DNA of 64,000 nt from Octopus bimaculoides (Eukaryota): assembly GCF_001194135.2 (NCBI RefSeq), contig NC_068988.1, positions 17,747,006 through 17,811,005 of the forward strand. The letters are read 5' to 3'. Positions 36,614-51,419 of this stretch are shown here, piece after piece (the first letter of the stretch is position 1; every line of letters begins with the position of its first letter). The notes under the pieces were generated by a model. The model was not told the origin of the DNA. It worked only from the letters and a program-made list of their open reading frames with translations, and searched no databases. A program made the position numbers and the translations under genes.

Positions 36614-39600
36614 AAAAACATACAACTTTCGGACAAGTTGGTTTTAATAAGTGTATTTAGTCTTTCACTTTGCTACATCACAATATACATTAGTAAATAT
36701 ATAAAGGTTACAAATTCCAATTTGCTCTACCTTAAATCTTTATGTCTCCATGCCAATAAAATGTATTTCTTCTGATTGGACAAAAGTTAATGTGGCCTCT
36801 CATGTAGAGTTATTGATTTCTATCGTAGTCACACGTACAAAGTAAATCACATTCGTGATATATATAATAATTGTCCTGAAGTTAAAGAGGAAATTACTTA
36901 TTTTTCTCATACCTATATAGACTTCTTCTTTTCTTTCCCTTCTTTAAAGTATAACTTTTTTAATATGTTTCATTGCTTAGTGGCAGCCGCTATTCTATTT
37001 CCAATTATTGTCTGCAGTGAAGAGAAGGTAAGGAAAAATTGGATGTTTCGGCTTGAAATTGTTTTATCTCGAAAAACCAATCACTAAAATATGAATTCTT
37101 CTGCATATCTTGACCCACTGATGAAATAATAGGTAAATTCCGAGAAACTTGCGTTGAAAATACTATTTTAAAACACTTCATAACGTTTCATTTGTTATTT
37201 TTCATAGATATTTTCATCTTTTATGTTTTTTGGTTATCACTACTGTCATGATAGCAGTCGGTGTTGCAATCGTATCAAAGTTAAGGAGGCAAATCTCTTT
37301 ATTGAATTACCAATCTACTGTTAGTGCAACTAACTTTGAATATGTATCAAAAATGTGTACACGTGAATGTGAGTCATTCTTGGTTTTTCACTACAAAGTA
37401 AATATATGGATTTTACTTGCCCTCTTTCTAATATATATAAAATCTCAATAAGATGATTGTACATTATTACTTATTACAAACAGTAAAATTGAAATATATT
37501 CTCTTTTTCAAGTATTCCTTTAGAATAGAGTTGATAGTTTAAATATTAATCCTGATTTGCTTTTGGTTTTATTTTATCCTAATTATAATTGTGGCAAAAA
37601 TAATATTACATTTAAAAAATCAAAATTCTTTTAAGATAAATTTGGATTACGTTGTTATTTATGTGGGTATATATTTCGTCAAAAGTTCAGAGTGCACATA
37701 ATTTCATTGATCAATCCAGAATATTGCACTGATAATTATACACCAATATTCTTTTATTTATTCCAGCCTGTCAGCCGTGGCCTTGTTGCAGTTTTGCCAA
37801 GGATGTGTGTGTGTGTGTGCGCATGTGTTTATATGTATGTGCGCGTGTATTTGTGTTGTATGTGTGTGTGTGTGCGTTTATACATATGCATATCCACTCT
37901 TTTGCAATTAATGGTGCCATGTCTCTGGTGTGAGAATAACTTCCTCCCTTCCTTCCTCCAATTTCAATATTTCCTAAGCAGCATAATTGATACAGCGCTT
38001 TCCCGCTTCATTAAGTCATTCAAAAAGTAATTATTCATTTTCTTATCTGAGAAGGTGGACAGATGATGGGGTTTAGCGTTTTATGTACTTCTGACGAACA
38101 CCCATACGCGAACATATTTATTCAGTATTCATTCTACAAATGAATATTATCAATTTCTGAAGCTCTTTTTAATTAACAATCATCGGCTGCTGGCTCTACG
38201 CCTGAATACTTCCTCACCTGGAAAGATTTGGGTTTGAACTTATCAGTGTATCAATCAATGAAATATTCGTTGTTTCATTAATGCTGTCTTGGTTTAATGG
38301 AGCAAAATATATCTCACTAACCTCTTGATGCTAGAAATATCAACTGATTTTCCTTTAAATTCTACCTTACTGCTTTAAACAGGCTGATGTCTAAAACTAC
38401 ACAGGGTAAGGTATTAGATCATAAACCATGCCTGAATAAAGTCATTCACAGAAAAATGTGCAACAATGTACAAATGTTTGAAACAGTGAGAGAAATTTTC
38501 TTTTATACTAATGTATAACATGACTGCAAAAACTATAGAAAGTTGGTTGCGTGCGATTTGAGTGAGATTTAGTTGCTATTTCTGTGTTAGTTCATGTTCA
38601 TTCTAATTGTTATTATGCTGCTGTAGACTTTCGATCATACGTATACTTAATCAGGGGTGAGTTGAGGGTAAGCAATAACAACATTAACTGATAACTAGGT
38701 GGATCCAGAAACTGGGTGCAAAGTATATTTGCTTGTCTGTAACTCTGAACTATCAGCGAGAAATCTGGTGCCTTCTCATATTGAGGCAGCTTGATTTAAT
38801 CAATTATAATTGCTTTAATATTGGAGAGATGAATGAAGCGAAATTTTTCACCTATCCGTAGTAAAACGTAGTAAAAAATGAGATGCTGAATAAAAAAAAT
38901 GGAGTGGTTAGTGTTAGCAAGTAAACACGATGAAAGAGTTCCTTTCTCAAAATGTCCTTGATTTGTCTTTCGTTTGAATGCAAATGTAATGCATAATAGA
39001 TAAAATGGCTAACTAAAGCAGTATGGCAATATCTTCAAATACATATTATGCTATAATTCACTTTTATCGGTAATACTGGAGGTGGATATAATTATATATA
39101 ATAGCGTTGCAATATTGGATTCAAAAACCCTGAGATGGAAGAAGTTGAAAACTCCTCGTGAGACATGAACCCACATCCACTGTAAACATGACAGACGTAC
39201 AAATATTGTCCCGTGGGCAGCCTTCGACTTTTTTCATATCGGGATCTTTTTTAACCCAGTGTTTACATGCTATTATTTATAGCTTTATCTACTTCGAGTT
39301 CCTTTGTTTAAAACGATTTATTTCACGTCGCTCAAAATTTCAAAATTCTGATGATGTAAACAATATATTATGCTGTTTTCTTTCCAACCAACAAATACTG
39401 CAATATCTACGGAACAATTATAGGTTTCTCACAGAGAACTTTACATTCTACTACTATGAAATATGTGAAACTAAACTAGCAACTAAATCTACATATGTCA
39501 TGTTAAAATAATCGTTGCTAAGTTTATTGACCGTGATTTATTACTGTTTGGGACCTGTCTTCAAATTGTGTAACATTAATATACACCCCTTAACTTAATT

Positions 39601-40625
39601 TTGTTTTAAAATGTTACTGACGTCAAAATCTTTTTTAAAAAGTACAGCTTCAGCAATATTATCGTAAACATTTATGTACATAACCAGTGAACTACGTGGC
39701 AAGATTCTAGGTAGATATTTTGTTCAGCAGATAGGTTGAAGAGCAAGTAAATGTCTGCTTCATTTTTTAGGCATGTTAGCTGGCTGGTTATTGATTGATT
39801 GATAAATTGGTAACCAAATATTCAGGAAATCATGAAACTAGGAGATCTGTTTCCCTCTTTGATAGGAGTTTCTGTTTATGGAGTTAGATAAAATGGCAAA
39901 AATGCATGCCGTTTGGTCGACAGGTAAACCGCATATCAACGTACGAAGTTAGTAAGTATGCAACTAATGTATGGATGAAAGACACTAATTATAAAAACTA
40001 TGCAAAAGAAAAAAAAACTCTTTGCTTTCCTCCTGTTTTGTCCTACTTTCAATATAAATGTCAATTATGTGTGGAATCATTTATTCAGCCAAATCTAAAA
40101 CGAGAAATTAATCCAAATAAATACGTGATTTGCAGTTATCATTAATCGATATTTTCTTGAGAGCAATAATTACTTGCGATGTATTGATTGTCTATTATTA
40201 TTGATTTTGGCAGATCCACTACCGTTAAGAGTGCGTTTACGAATTCTATACAACAATTTCCATTTATGTTAGTACTATTCACACAATTAGTTGAATGCAA
40301 TTACAAATGAAATAGCTACTGAGCATACAGCAGTTGTATTAAGTGTTGATTTTCGAGATTACTTGAGGTAATTCTAAGTTTGTGATATAGTCGATTCTTG
40401 TTACTCTTAGAAAGTCCTGTAAATACCGGTTTATTCTTAGGAAAGGGTACGTACCGAAAACACAGCCAACTTCTTATTGTTAATGTAGATCTGAAACTGT
40501 TCTATGAAAGAGAATAAACACTATTTCTTCACTTGTTGAGTATAATATGTTGACATTTATGTTAAGTTAATGTAGGTATACATTCCTGTCTATGTATCAA
40601 AGATTAAAATGTACTTAGATATAAA

Positions 40626-41018
40626 GCGCATGCGCGGACGTATGGCTAGTTTGCTTCCCAACCACATGGTTCTGTGTTCAGTCCTACTGCGTGACGCCTC
40701 TATCAGGTATTGTCTGTATATGCTTTAGGTCGACCGAATCCTTGCGAATGTATTTGGTAGACAGGAACTGAAATGAGCCCGTCGTATTTGCTTATATCTA
40801 TGTGCATGTGACTTGGAGCAGGTTTTTGCGTCCCACTACAGCTTTACAATCGGTGCTGGTGTATTTTTACGTCCTGGTAACGTAGCGGTTCAGCAAAAGA
40901 ACTGATAGAATAAGCATTGGGATCGGTGCTTTCGATTATAGTTCCTCAAGGTTATGCCCCAGCTTGGCTGTAAGTCAATGACTGAAACAAATAACAGATA
41001 AAAGAAAAGATAAAAGAT
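40626..41018 (+). mobile_element. Decayed full-length SINE family A
   Basis: ttgcttcccaaccacatggttctgtgttcagtcc..ggtagacaggaactg..aacgtagcggttcagcaaaag..gactgaaacaaataa. Confidence 0.85.
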
Positions 41019-41111
41019 ACATATAACAAGTCCAAGAATAGACTTTTAACAGTTAATGGTTCATATATATTATGAATATAGGTGTTTGTTTAATATTACG
41101 ACATATAACGA

Positions 41112-41310
41112 GGCGGCGAGCTGGCAGTGTCGCACATCTGCCAAAATGCTAATCAGCATTACGGCCTTCTTCATGTTCTGAATTAAAATTCTGCTAAGGT
41201 CAATTTTGTTTTTCCTCCATTCGAGGTCAATAAAAAGTTGAACTTTGGAGTTGATGTAATCGACTAACCCCACCCCAGCATTGATGACCTTGTTCGAAAA
41301 CTTGAATTCG
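41112..41310 (+). mobile_element. SINE family B copy
   Basis: ggcggcgagctggcag..gttctgaattaaaattctgctaaggtcaa..gagttgatgtaatcgactaacccc. Confidence 0.75.
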
Positions 41311-41774
41311 GTATTAAAACATATATGTGGTCCATGTTCATCTCAGAGGTGACAATAGCTTATAAGTAGTGTGTGTTTGTATATATATATATATATATAT
41401 ATATTCCGTCAACGCATACAAGTAACTGTGTGTATGGATATATGCGTGTGCATGTGTGCGATGAAGTCGTCAACAGGACTCCAGGGTGTTATTTNNNNNN
41501 NNNNNNNNNNNNNNNNNNNNNNNNNNNNNNNNNNNNNNNNNNNNNNNNNNNNNNNNNNNNNNNNNNNNNNNNNNNNNNNNNNNNNNNNNNNNNNNNNNNN
41601 NNNNNNNNNNNNNNNNNNNNNNNNNNNNNNNNNNNNNNNNNNNNNNNNNNNNNNNNNNNNNNNNNNNNNNNNNNNNNNNNNNNNNNNNNNNNNNNNNNNN
41701 NNNNNNNNNNNNNNNNNNNNNNNNNNNNNNNNNNNNNNNNNNNNNNNNNNNNNNNNNNNNNNNNNNNNNNTATA

Positions 41775-42196
41775 TTCTTTTAATTCTTTCAGTCATTAGA
41801 CTGCGACCATGCTGTGCCATGGTCTTGAAATTTAAGTCGAATGAATTGACCCCAGTATTTATTCCTTTTTAAGCCTGGTACCTATTCTATTGGTCTTTTT
41901 TGCCGAACTGCTAGGTTACGGTGACGCAAACCCACCGACACCGGTTGTGAAGCAGTGGTGGTGAGATAAACAAACAAACAAACACACTCACACAAACACA
42001 CACACACATATATGTATGTATATACGACGGGCTTCTTTCGGTTTCCGTCTAACAAATCCACTCACAAGACTTTGGTCGGCCGAAGGCTATACTAGAAGAC
42101 GGTATACTAGAAGTCAAGGTGCCACGCAGTGGGACTGAGCTCAGAACCATGTGGTTGGAAAGCAAGCTTCTTACCACACAGCTATTCCTGCGCCTT
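41775..42196 (-). mobile_element. Full-length SINE family A
   Basis: Reverse of the family head (aaggtgccacgcagtgggactgagc..accatgtggttgg..cttaccacacagc) and tail (ttcagtcattagactgcgaccatgctg). Confidence 0.9.
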
Positions 42197-42247
42197 TGCA
42201 CACACACACACACACACATTTATATATATAGGTGCGCGCACATTATG

Positions 42248-42287
<40 letters not shown>

Positions 42288-42380
42288 CTACATCCTTTGT
42301 ATATATGTGCATGAGTGTGTATATGCACAGGTTACTTATTGTTATCATTATTGTTTTGGCTGTTATTATAACAGCGTCGA

Positions 42381-42593
42381 GGCGCCGACGTGGCAGAACC
42401 GTTAGCACGCTGGACGAAATGCTTAGCAGTATTTCACTCGTCACTACGTTCTGAGTTCAAATTCAGCCGAGGTCGACATTGCCTTTCATCTTTTCGGGGT
42501 CGATTAACTAAGTATCAGTGAAACACTGGAGTCGATGTAATCGACTAGTCTTCCACACCAAATTTGAAGCCTCGTGCCTCCAGTAGAAAGAAT
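42381..42593 (+). mobile_element. Full-length SINE family B
   Basis: ggcgccgacgtggcagaaccgttagcacgctggacgaaatgcttagc..gttctgagttcaaattcagccgaggtcgacattgcctttcatcttttcggggtcga. Confidence 0.9.
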
Positions 42594-43869
42594 TTTAACA
42601 GCGTGAGTAATAAAGTTGTGTGTAATAGCTAACAATATCTATGATGGTTCATGAAATTTATCAGTTGAATAATATTTGTCTTCACTGTGTGAGTATGCGT
42701 ACATGTGTATCTGTGTGTGTGCGGATGTATGTTTAGTTTAGAGTTTATCTTGCTTCTTGTTCTTTAAATAACGTATGTACGTACGTGATATATGGCATGA
42801 TTGTCAAATAGATGAATGACAGCGTTGGGTAATATTTTCTCTTGTTAAGGAAGACAAACCTTTCACGCAAAACTATGCCAATTATAAATCAACTGATGAG
42901 ATGCTCTTGTGAAAACTAAAGTGCAATCAGATGTTACATGTAAATTAAAGGCAACAATAATCGTAGATTCAGTGGCGGAGACCTACTAAAATAAATTCCT
43001 CGGGGATAAAAATAAGAAACATAAGTTCACTAGTTCATGGTTTTGATTCTTGGTCAGTGAATGCTATTGGCTTTTTACTAGTTGAAGTAATCAATGGCAA
43101 TATGTAGTATGAACAAATGGGAACAACAGTGTAGGAAGACAGCCAACAAGGACTAGATTAATCTGAAAAGGTTTACAAATCGATAAAGAAGTTATTTTCA
43201 TTGATTTTTGATGAAGGAAGATGCCAGTAATGACTTGGATTTACGTTTAATGTAATTAATTACTTGTTCGATTTATTGAAGAAAAATAATAAATAACAAC
43301 TAATGTTTTCTTTCTATTCCTTTGTAATTTGCGAGTATTTGAATCTATATGATCGTTATTGTTTTAAACAATAAGAAACAACCTAAGGAAGCCAATATGA
43401 TCTCGTTGACCAAAATACTACAATAAAATAGAAAAATATTCGCATGTATAAACTAATTTTCACCCTATGTTTTGTAAACATAACACAGAATTCTGTATTT
43501 TCCGCATTTCTGCGAATATCTTCAATGTTCTCTTTTGTATTTACGCGTTTGACTGTGTTCTAAGACGTAGGTAGGTAAGTCACTTTGTTTATCATGTATT
43601 TCTATTTCAATGTAATTGCTAGTGAAACATGTATGTAGTTCTTTCTCTCACCCTTTCGCTCTTTTGATCTCTGTTTACACATACACACATACAAACGTAG
43701 ACGCAGACACACTGGCACACATATACTGGCACACACACACACGTACATACGCATTCACACACAAACACAAATTTAACACCCACCGATATCAACATATGTC
43801 CATGAATTTCTATTGATACGCGTATATACAGTTACTCGTGTACAAATGGGTGTGTGCCTATACGTGTAC

Positions 43870-43905
<36 letters not shown>

Positions 43906-44998
43906 ATGAATGCATATATTTATCTATGTATATATGTATGTATATCTCTATGAATATGTGTATTTGCGTATGTATATATGTATGTACGTATGTATGTATA
44001 TATGTATGTATGGATGTATATATGTATTTATGTATGCATATATGTATTTATGTATGTATATATGTATATGGTTATACATATATATATGTATGAATATATA
44101 GTTTTAGGGAAAATAACCAAGTTTCAAGAACTCATCGATGAAAATCCACTATATTTTATATATATTTTATCTATAAAGCTCAATTTAATTTTAATTTTTT
44201 ATAAATTGATTTTAATTGAGTTTTTACCTGTAATTTTGGATTTTGTCCCTAATATTATTATATGTATGTATATATATATATATACATATATGTATATAGT
44301 TATACATATATATATCTATGTACATATATAAATGCATGTATACACATATGTACGTTTATATTTATATATGTGTGTATACATACATACACGTGCATACATT
44401 TGTATACTTCTGTTTATGTGTGGTTATGTATTTGTCTATAGATTGTCAGGCGTACTAAATGCTAAAGGTACGATTATTCTCTTTATTCGTATTCTTGTTC
44501 AAGCTTGTTGCCTATTGCAGCCATGCTTAGACACCAACACCATGACCATCATCGCTTATAAATAAATACATGCAGACAAACACACACACACACACNNNNN
44601 NNNNNNNNNNNNNNNNNNNNNNNNNNNNNNNNNNNNNNNNNNNNNNNNNNNNNNNNNNNNNNNNNNNNNNNNNNNNNNNNNNNNNNNNNNNNNNNATATA
44701 TATATATATATATATATGTATACATATATATACACATATATATATTTATACATATATACATACATGTTCACATATGTATGTACACATATCTATATGTGTA
44801 TGTATGCATATAACATATATATACGTATGTATGTATATAGACGTATATATATATATATATATTCATATATGCAATACAGGCTTAAATATATATATATATA
44901 TATATATATATTCATATATGCAATACAGGCTTAAATATATATATATATATATGTATATATGCATATATATGTATATATGCATATATATGTATATATGC

Positions 44999-45031
<33 letters not shown>

Positions 45032-45895
45032 AATATGTATATATACATACATGTATGTATGCACATGTATGTATATAACAACGCGTATGTATATAATCAC
45101 AAATATGTATATGAATCTGTATATACGTGTGTATGTATGTCTATATAAAATATAAGTCATTAGACACACCTCAGAATTTATGTGCTTTAATAATTGCAAC
45201 AATAAGTTAAATATTAATAATGAGTTTTATTGTCTTCATTAAAGAACATGTACTGACATGCGGTTTGACGTGTCTATATATAGTAACGCGTGTGTGGTCT
45301 CTGTTTTGAGGTCGATTATACCTATGTGTGTGTTTGTGAGCGTGTGAGTGGGAGCGTGTTTGTGTGCACGTACGTGTTTGTTGTGATACGTGTCTATATG
45401 TGCGTATATATATATGCGTAGAGTGTTGTGTATCTGTGTGTGCGTTTGTGTGTGGTTGTAAGATTTACACTTCTGTATTTCGCTTAGTCAGTATATATGA
45501 GAAAATAACAAACCGTATGTACCAGCAGGAATCATATACACTCATACCTACATACATACTCGTGTACATACATCTATAGAACATCTTATATGTATATATA
45601 AATACATATTAATATACACGCGTACATGTATTAACTAAAGCCACCAATATGGGATACGTTGTCATCGAAGATTATAACTTCATAGTATTCGACACGTGAT
45701 ACTTACCTACACACACACATGCACACGCACACACACACACACGTGTGTGTGTGTCATTATAAAGGTACATATATCTAAATAGATATTCATTGTGGTGCTC
45801 CAGCATGACCGCAGCCTCATGACTGAAACGATTAAAAGAATATATATACATATATAAACATATACATATATGTACACACACATAAATGAATACAT

Positions 45896-45938
<43 letters not shown>

Positions 45939-46629
45939 CATAAATATACAGGGATTAGCATGAGTTGTTTCTCCAACATACTGAAAATTTAGAAATAGCA
46001 GTCAAAGAACTACTGATTCCAAACTACAATTTTTTTTTNNNNNNNNNNNNNNNNNNNNNNNNNNNNNNNNNNNNNNNNNNNNNNNNNNNNNNNNNNNNNN
46101 NNNNNNNNNNNNNNNNNNNNNNNNNNNNNNNNNNNNNNNNNNNNNNNNNNNNNNNNNNNNNNNNNNNNNNNNNNNNNNNNNNNNNNNNNNNNNNNNNNNN
46201 NNNNNNNNNNNNNNNNNNNNNNNNNNNNNNNNNNNNNNNNNNNNNNNNNNNNNNNNNNNNNNNNNNNNNNNNNNNNNNNNNNNNNNNNNNNNNNNNNNNN
46301 NNNNNNNNNNNNNNNNNNNNNNNNNNNNNNNNNNNNNNNNNNNNNNNNNNNNNNNNNNNNNNNNNNNNNNNNNNNNNNNNNNNNNNNNNNNNNNNNNNNN
46401 NNNNNNNNNNNNNNNNNNNNNNNNNNNNNNNNNNNNNNNNNNNNNNNNNNNNNNNNNNNNNNNNNNNNNNNNNNNNNNNNNNNNNNNNNNNNNNNNNNNN
46501 NNNNNNNNNNNNNNNNNNNNNNNNNNNNNNNNNNNNNNNNNNNNNNNNNNNNNNNNNNNNNNNNNNNNNTATGTATATATATATATATATGTATGTATGT
46601 ATGTATATATATATATATATGTATGTATG

Positions 46630-46664
<35 letters not shown>

Positions 46665-47514
46665 ACATATAGACATTTATATATATTCGTATGTATGCAC
46701 ATACAAATATATATTCACACACATATTTATATATGTAAATAGATAGATAGATAGATAGACAATGGAATGAATGACATTCTTTACTTAAATTAATTATAAT
46801 TGTTTCAACACATTTTTGCACCTGTAGTACATTGGTGACGTATGTAATCATTATTATCTATCAGAGGTATTTGAGCACTTCCTCGGGTGATTATTTAAAT
46901 AAGTCCGTCGTTGTATACTACTTTCGTTTCACTCGGCGTGGAAATGCATTCTTAAAGCAGTGTGTTATTTTCAGCATTTTGCAGATAAAACTATATCCCT
47001 AAATATAATGATAAGCAAAATATAAAATACAGAAATAAAGAATTAGATTAAAAAAAAAAAAGTGGTGTTCACACTGACAATAAATTAAAATTTTATTTTC
47101 ATGGTCCTATTATAAGGAAGAAAGTGTAAAAGAGAATGAAAAACAAACAATTGCACAACTGCTCGCTAACGTACTACGGGTATATAAATGCGCCGAAAAA
47201 ATTGTAATGATTTAAATAAAACAATGTTGCTCAATCCATTTTCTATCATTTATCAATTCATATAAATTCTACAGATGGTGTATATCCAGTAGCAAGATCA
47301 TTACCACTATATGATGACATCAGATAGCCAATAACAGTGAACGAGCTTTGCATAGCAATCTACAAGGTCTTTACCCGAATCTTATTTAACTGTGTGTGTG
47401 TGTGTACGCGTGTGTGCGCGCGTGCACGCGCGTGCGTGTTTGCGTGCGTGTGCGCGCGCGCTATATGCATGGTTTTTATTTACCTTCTTCATTGTCAGAC
47501 ATGCATGACTTACA

Positions 47515-47900
47515 GCTAGTTTCGGGTATAGGTGGGTAGCTAACACCACAGTCGCTCAGGCTGAAAGCATGCTAGAGCTACGCGACGTCATTGGAGTTAC
47601 ATGCAGAGGATAACGTTTCTTCCCATTTCCAACAATGGCAAAAGGTGGACATTAGGGAGAGAATTGGCCATGATCCAGGCAGAAGTGCAGAAGTAGGGGA
47701 GAAGAAAGAAGACGTTCAGGAACTATGGAGCTGCTATCTCAGGGTGCCTAGACTAAATGGGACCTCCGTAAGAGGATGGTCACATGGACAGACTAGTGGA
47801 GACTGGAACCTTCCATACATATACCGTCCATCTGCGGACGGTGTATGTATTCTGTACAACATATTTATCCATTTGCACGTCCATCGTTTCTTAGACGGTT
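47515..47900 (+). mobile_element. Hero-like (RLE-type) non-LTR retrotransposon ORF remnant
   Basis: Across frameshifts the translation reads RWVANTTVAQAESMLELRDVIGVTCRG..SHFQQWQKVDIRER..AMIQAEVQK..EERRRSGTMELLSQGA*TKWDLRKRMVTWTD*WRLEP. This resembles the post-RT region of Hero-clade elements (QGAWTKW-L--R-ITW--LWRLEP). Confidence 0.75.
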
Positions 47901-48415
47901 CCCTTTGTATATTGGTCTGTCTTTGAGTAGAGGTTGTTACTAGCCCCTCACGCAAGTTTTCTCTAGTTGCGGTGGAAACTGTACAGTGAGTGGTCAGCAA
48001 CAACCCTTTTGTTTTTTATATATCACCAAAACCGACTAAAACGGGGGTAGAAACGGTCACGATGAGGAAGAGAAGGTTGGATGGAGAGATGAGAAGGAAG
48101 AGGGGCGAAAATGTAAAGAAGAAGAAGAGCTGAGCCTTCTTTATGCCAGGCTGCCGGTTTATCCTAGCGATCTCGGAAAGAAGATGGCAATTTTGATTTC
48201 GAGGAAAAGCAGAGAACTGGCAAATCCAGTGAGTAATTCTAGTTGACAATCTGAAGATTCTGTCAAAGCACACACACACACATATACAAGCAATTATAAG
48301 TGCATATACGCATAAGTATTTATAAAGATACAGGCATATGCACAAGTGGATATTGCAAACATGCACAAATGTATCACTACGCGGTCATGCCCATACACAT
48401 TTATCTATGAATTCA

Positions 48416-48447
<32 letters not shown>

Positions 48448-50171
48448 CATAGATAGATTAGACAGACAGACAGAGTGACTTTCATCGAAACATTTGGAAA
48501 TAAATTCTGATCATGCACTTAATATTTTTATAGATTTGGTGAAAATGTAGTAATTTTCATCATTAAAGATTTCTCATAATTCTAAACAAGTGAAGTATTT
48601 ATTACAAATTTCAGTATGACTTAGGTGATATTGAAATTACAGGTAATGTTATCTTTCAAATTCCGCAGGTATCTTGATAATATAAAGTTTTATCTAGTTA
48701 TATGCCGGAAAGTGGACCTGTGATTAAGTACTCATTTCTAAAATTGCTACATTTTGGAAATGCCTCTTGCTTGGTACTAACGCAGGCACTTGGTAATATC
48801 AGATTTTCCTTTCAATCAGATATTTAGGTATATTAAATTATGGTGGCATAATTTGGTTGCACCAGTAAGCGATGGTTCAGTTTTGTGGGATCCAAACGTA
48901 TCTGTTCATGAAAGCTACTGTTTCTGAGGACTTTGCTACAGTAGCTTGCGGCTCAATTGCTTATTCTTCTCGTTTAAGAATACAACAGTTTTTATAACTA
49001 CAATCGTATCTAATGAATATCCGAGAGATATGAAACTTTAAGTAAGAGAAAGATGAAAGCAGGACGCTGGCATGACCGAAAGAGTTAAGTAGTTCCATAT
49101 ACAATCATTAGACGCCATATTCGATCTTACTGACATTTTGACCATGCGTCACATATCTTATTTAGATATAACCAAGACATACCATATACCTTGGTACCAT
49201 TTCAAAGAATTAGATGTTTAGTTGAATGCACCAACTTGACGCTCATATGTCGATCCCGACACGAGAGTCCACCACATGTGTCTGTACATACACTATATGT
49301 ATGCATGTGGGAGTGTCAGGTGCAATGGTACGATCCGTTGATATATAAACGATAGACATGTGAGGGAGTTTGGGGGTAAGTATTAGTGAAGTACGTGTAG
49401 GCCTATTGAGAAAACTGAAACATAGATATCACTGCGTAGAAATTTGTTTGAAATTCTATCTAACCACGCACGCACACACACTTATAGATGTATGATGTAT
49501 TACATACATAAATGCATACATACATATATGTTCCTGTGAATATTAATGGTTGTGGCTGCTTCAGCTTAATTTTATTACTAAAAGTCTCATTCTAATAATG
49601 AAATGTTTGCCAGAGAAAGCAGTAAATACAATATATAATTGCTGATCGATCGTACAGCTTTGCTAAGGACAACGTGTGTTCTCAAGAGGAATGTGGCAAT
49701 TCAATTCCATCTTATCTCATTCAATTTAGTCAATTAACTCTAAAACATGCCGCAAATAAAGTAAAAGTTCAATTCACCTTTGTTCGGGACTTAATTCTGT
49801 TTGTTTATTTCTGGTTTATACATACATCAATAAAAATTCTTTCTTTTTAGATTTTCATTGAATCAACTTTACCAGACATAATAAAATTTCATTAAACACG
49901 CATGTATATCATATACATACGCACATGATATTACATACTTCTATTCAAATTTCGTAGACTAAGTAGGTCTGTTTGAATAGGTAAATAACCTGATGCTACT
50001 CATTTCCCCTCCATGTATGACAGACCACTGGTTTCTGCATGGGAGATATTTCCTGCTTTTTGAAGTTGCATTATACATATTGCTCAGGGTTTCTTAAATC
50101 ACTTTAGGGTCAGGTTTAATAACTGATCTCTTTGCCTCTTGAGAAAAATTCTTCTAAGATATATGATATTG

Positions 50172-50597
50172 GTTTCAAATTTTGGCACAAGACCAGTAAT
50201 TTTGGGAAGGGGTTAAATCGATTACATCGACCCTAAAATTAAGCTGGCACTAATTTTATCGCTCCCGAAAGGATGGAAGGCAAAGAAAAGCTCGATGGCA
50301 TTTGGATTCAGAACGCAAAAACGGAAGAAATGCCGCTGAGCATTTAGCTCGGCGCGGTAACGATTCTGCCAGCTCACCACCTTCTACGCTATATGATATT
50401 TGTTTCTTTATTGCCCGCAAAAAGCTAAACATAGAGACGAAAAACAAAGGGATCAAGTCTGGTACTTATTTAGTCGACCCTAAAATGATGAAAGGCAAAG
50501 TCGACCTTGGCCGAATTTGAACTCCGAACGAAACGGCAGCCGAAACACCGCTCAACATTTCGCTCGGAGTGCTAGCGATTCTGCCAGCTGGCTGCCT
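50172..50597 (-). mobile_element. Two SINE family B copies (about 50172-50385 and 50458-50597)
   Basis: gatgaaaggcaaagtcgacc..gaatttgaactc..cgattctgccagct occurs in both. Confidence 0.85.
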
Positions 50598-51419
50598 TTC
50601 TAATCTATATGATATTAGCAACACTAAGTGCTAGATACGTTACACATATCCATTACAATTGGTCTGGAGGTTGGTGAGTCACTGTCTTATTAGTGATTAA
50701 GTCAGATTAAGGAAGAGCAGCGGTCAAGGATTCTACAGGATTTTGAGACCGTTGATAAGATCTTTAACACATTATCAATTAAGAAAATAAAACCAGCACA
50801 TCCAGCCTCCAGGTAACAGAGAAGATAGATAAAAGCAGCTAAATATACGACATACACCAAAAACCATGCAAGGGACGTCTACGTCACCACTTAATCCTCG
50901 AGGAAAAATAGCCAAATTCTGTTAAGTCACTAACTACATTTATTCGTTCAGAGTAACGGGTAGAAGCGGGATAGTCATGGGGTGTGTGACTTTTAACATA
51001 ATTCTGTCTGAATCTGGATCTAAATAATAGTAGCAGCAATAACAATAACACACACACAAATACACACACACATACACATACACACACGCATACACACACA
51101 CACACATACACACCAGCTGTTAGTCGTTGCATTAGGAACGCTAACATTCTAGGTTTCAAAAGTCATATTAAGACTATAATTTTGAATTATATCCATTTGT
51201 TTCTTCATCTAACATGCTTTATATATAATATATATATACGTATGCATGCGCATGTTCGTATTAGTGTGTATACTAGCGTTTGTGTGTATAAGTGTGTGTG
51301 TGTATGTGTGAGTGTGTCTACCTATGTGTATATGTACATGTATATGTTTATATGTATGTATGTGTGTGATTGTGTGTGAGTTCCCTTCACTGATAGGTGT
51401 TAAAAATATAGGAATTTCA

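Noticed and set aside
37110-37160. CTGATGA...GAAAC-ttgc-GTT as a hammerhead (similar cases at about 8520-8550, 17555 and 42895)
   Set aside because: Stems I and II do not pair. These are either chance matches or too decayed to support.
44855-44945. Tandem duplication of attcatatatgcaatacaggcttaaat (similar at 21445-21560 and 56860-56920)
   Set aside because: Ordinary slippage or unequal exchange inside microsatellite arrays.
48614-48647. Possible 28-nt exon YDLGDIEIT with a gtaatg donor (similar case at about 8721-8760)
   Set aside because: Weak pyrimidine tract or donor. Such matches are expected by chance in AT-rich DNA.
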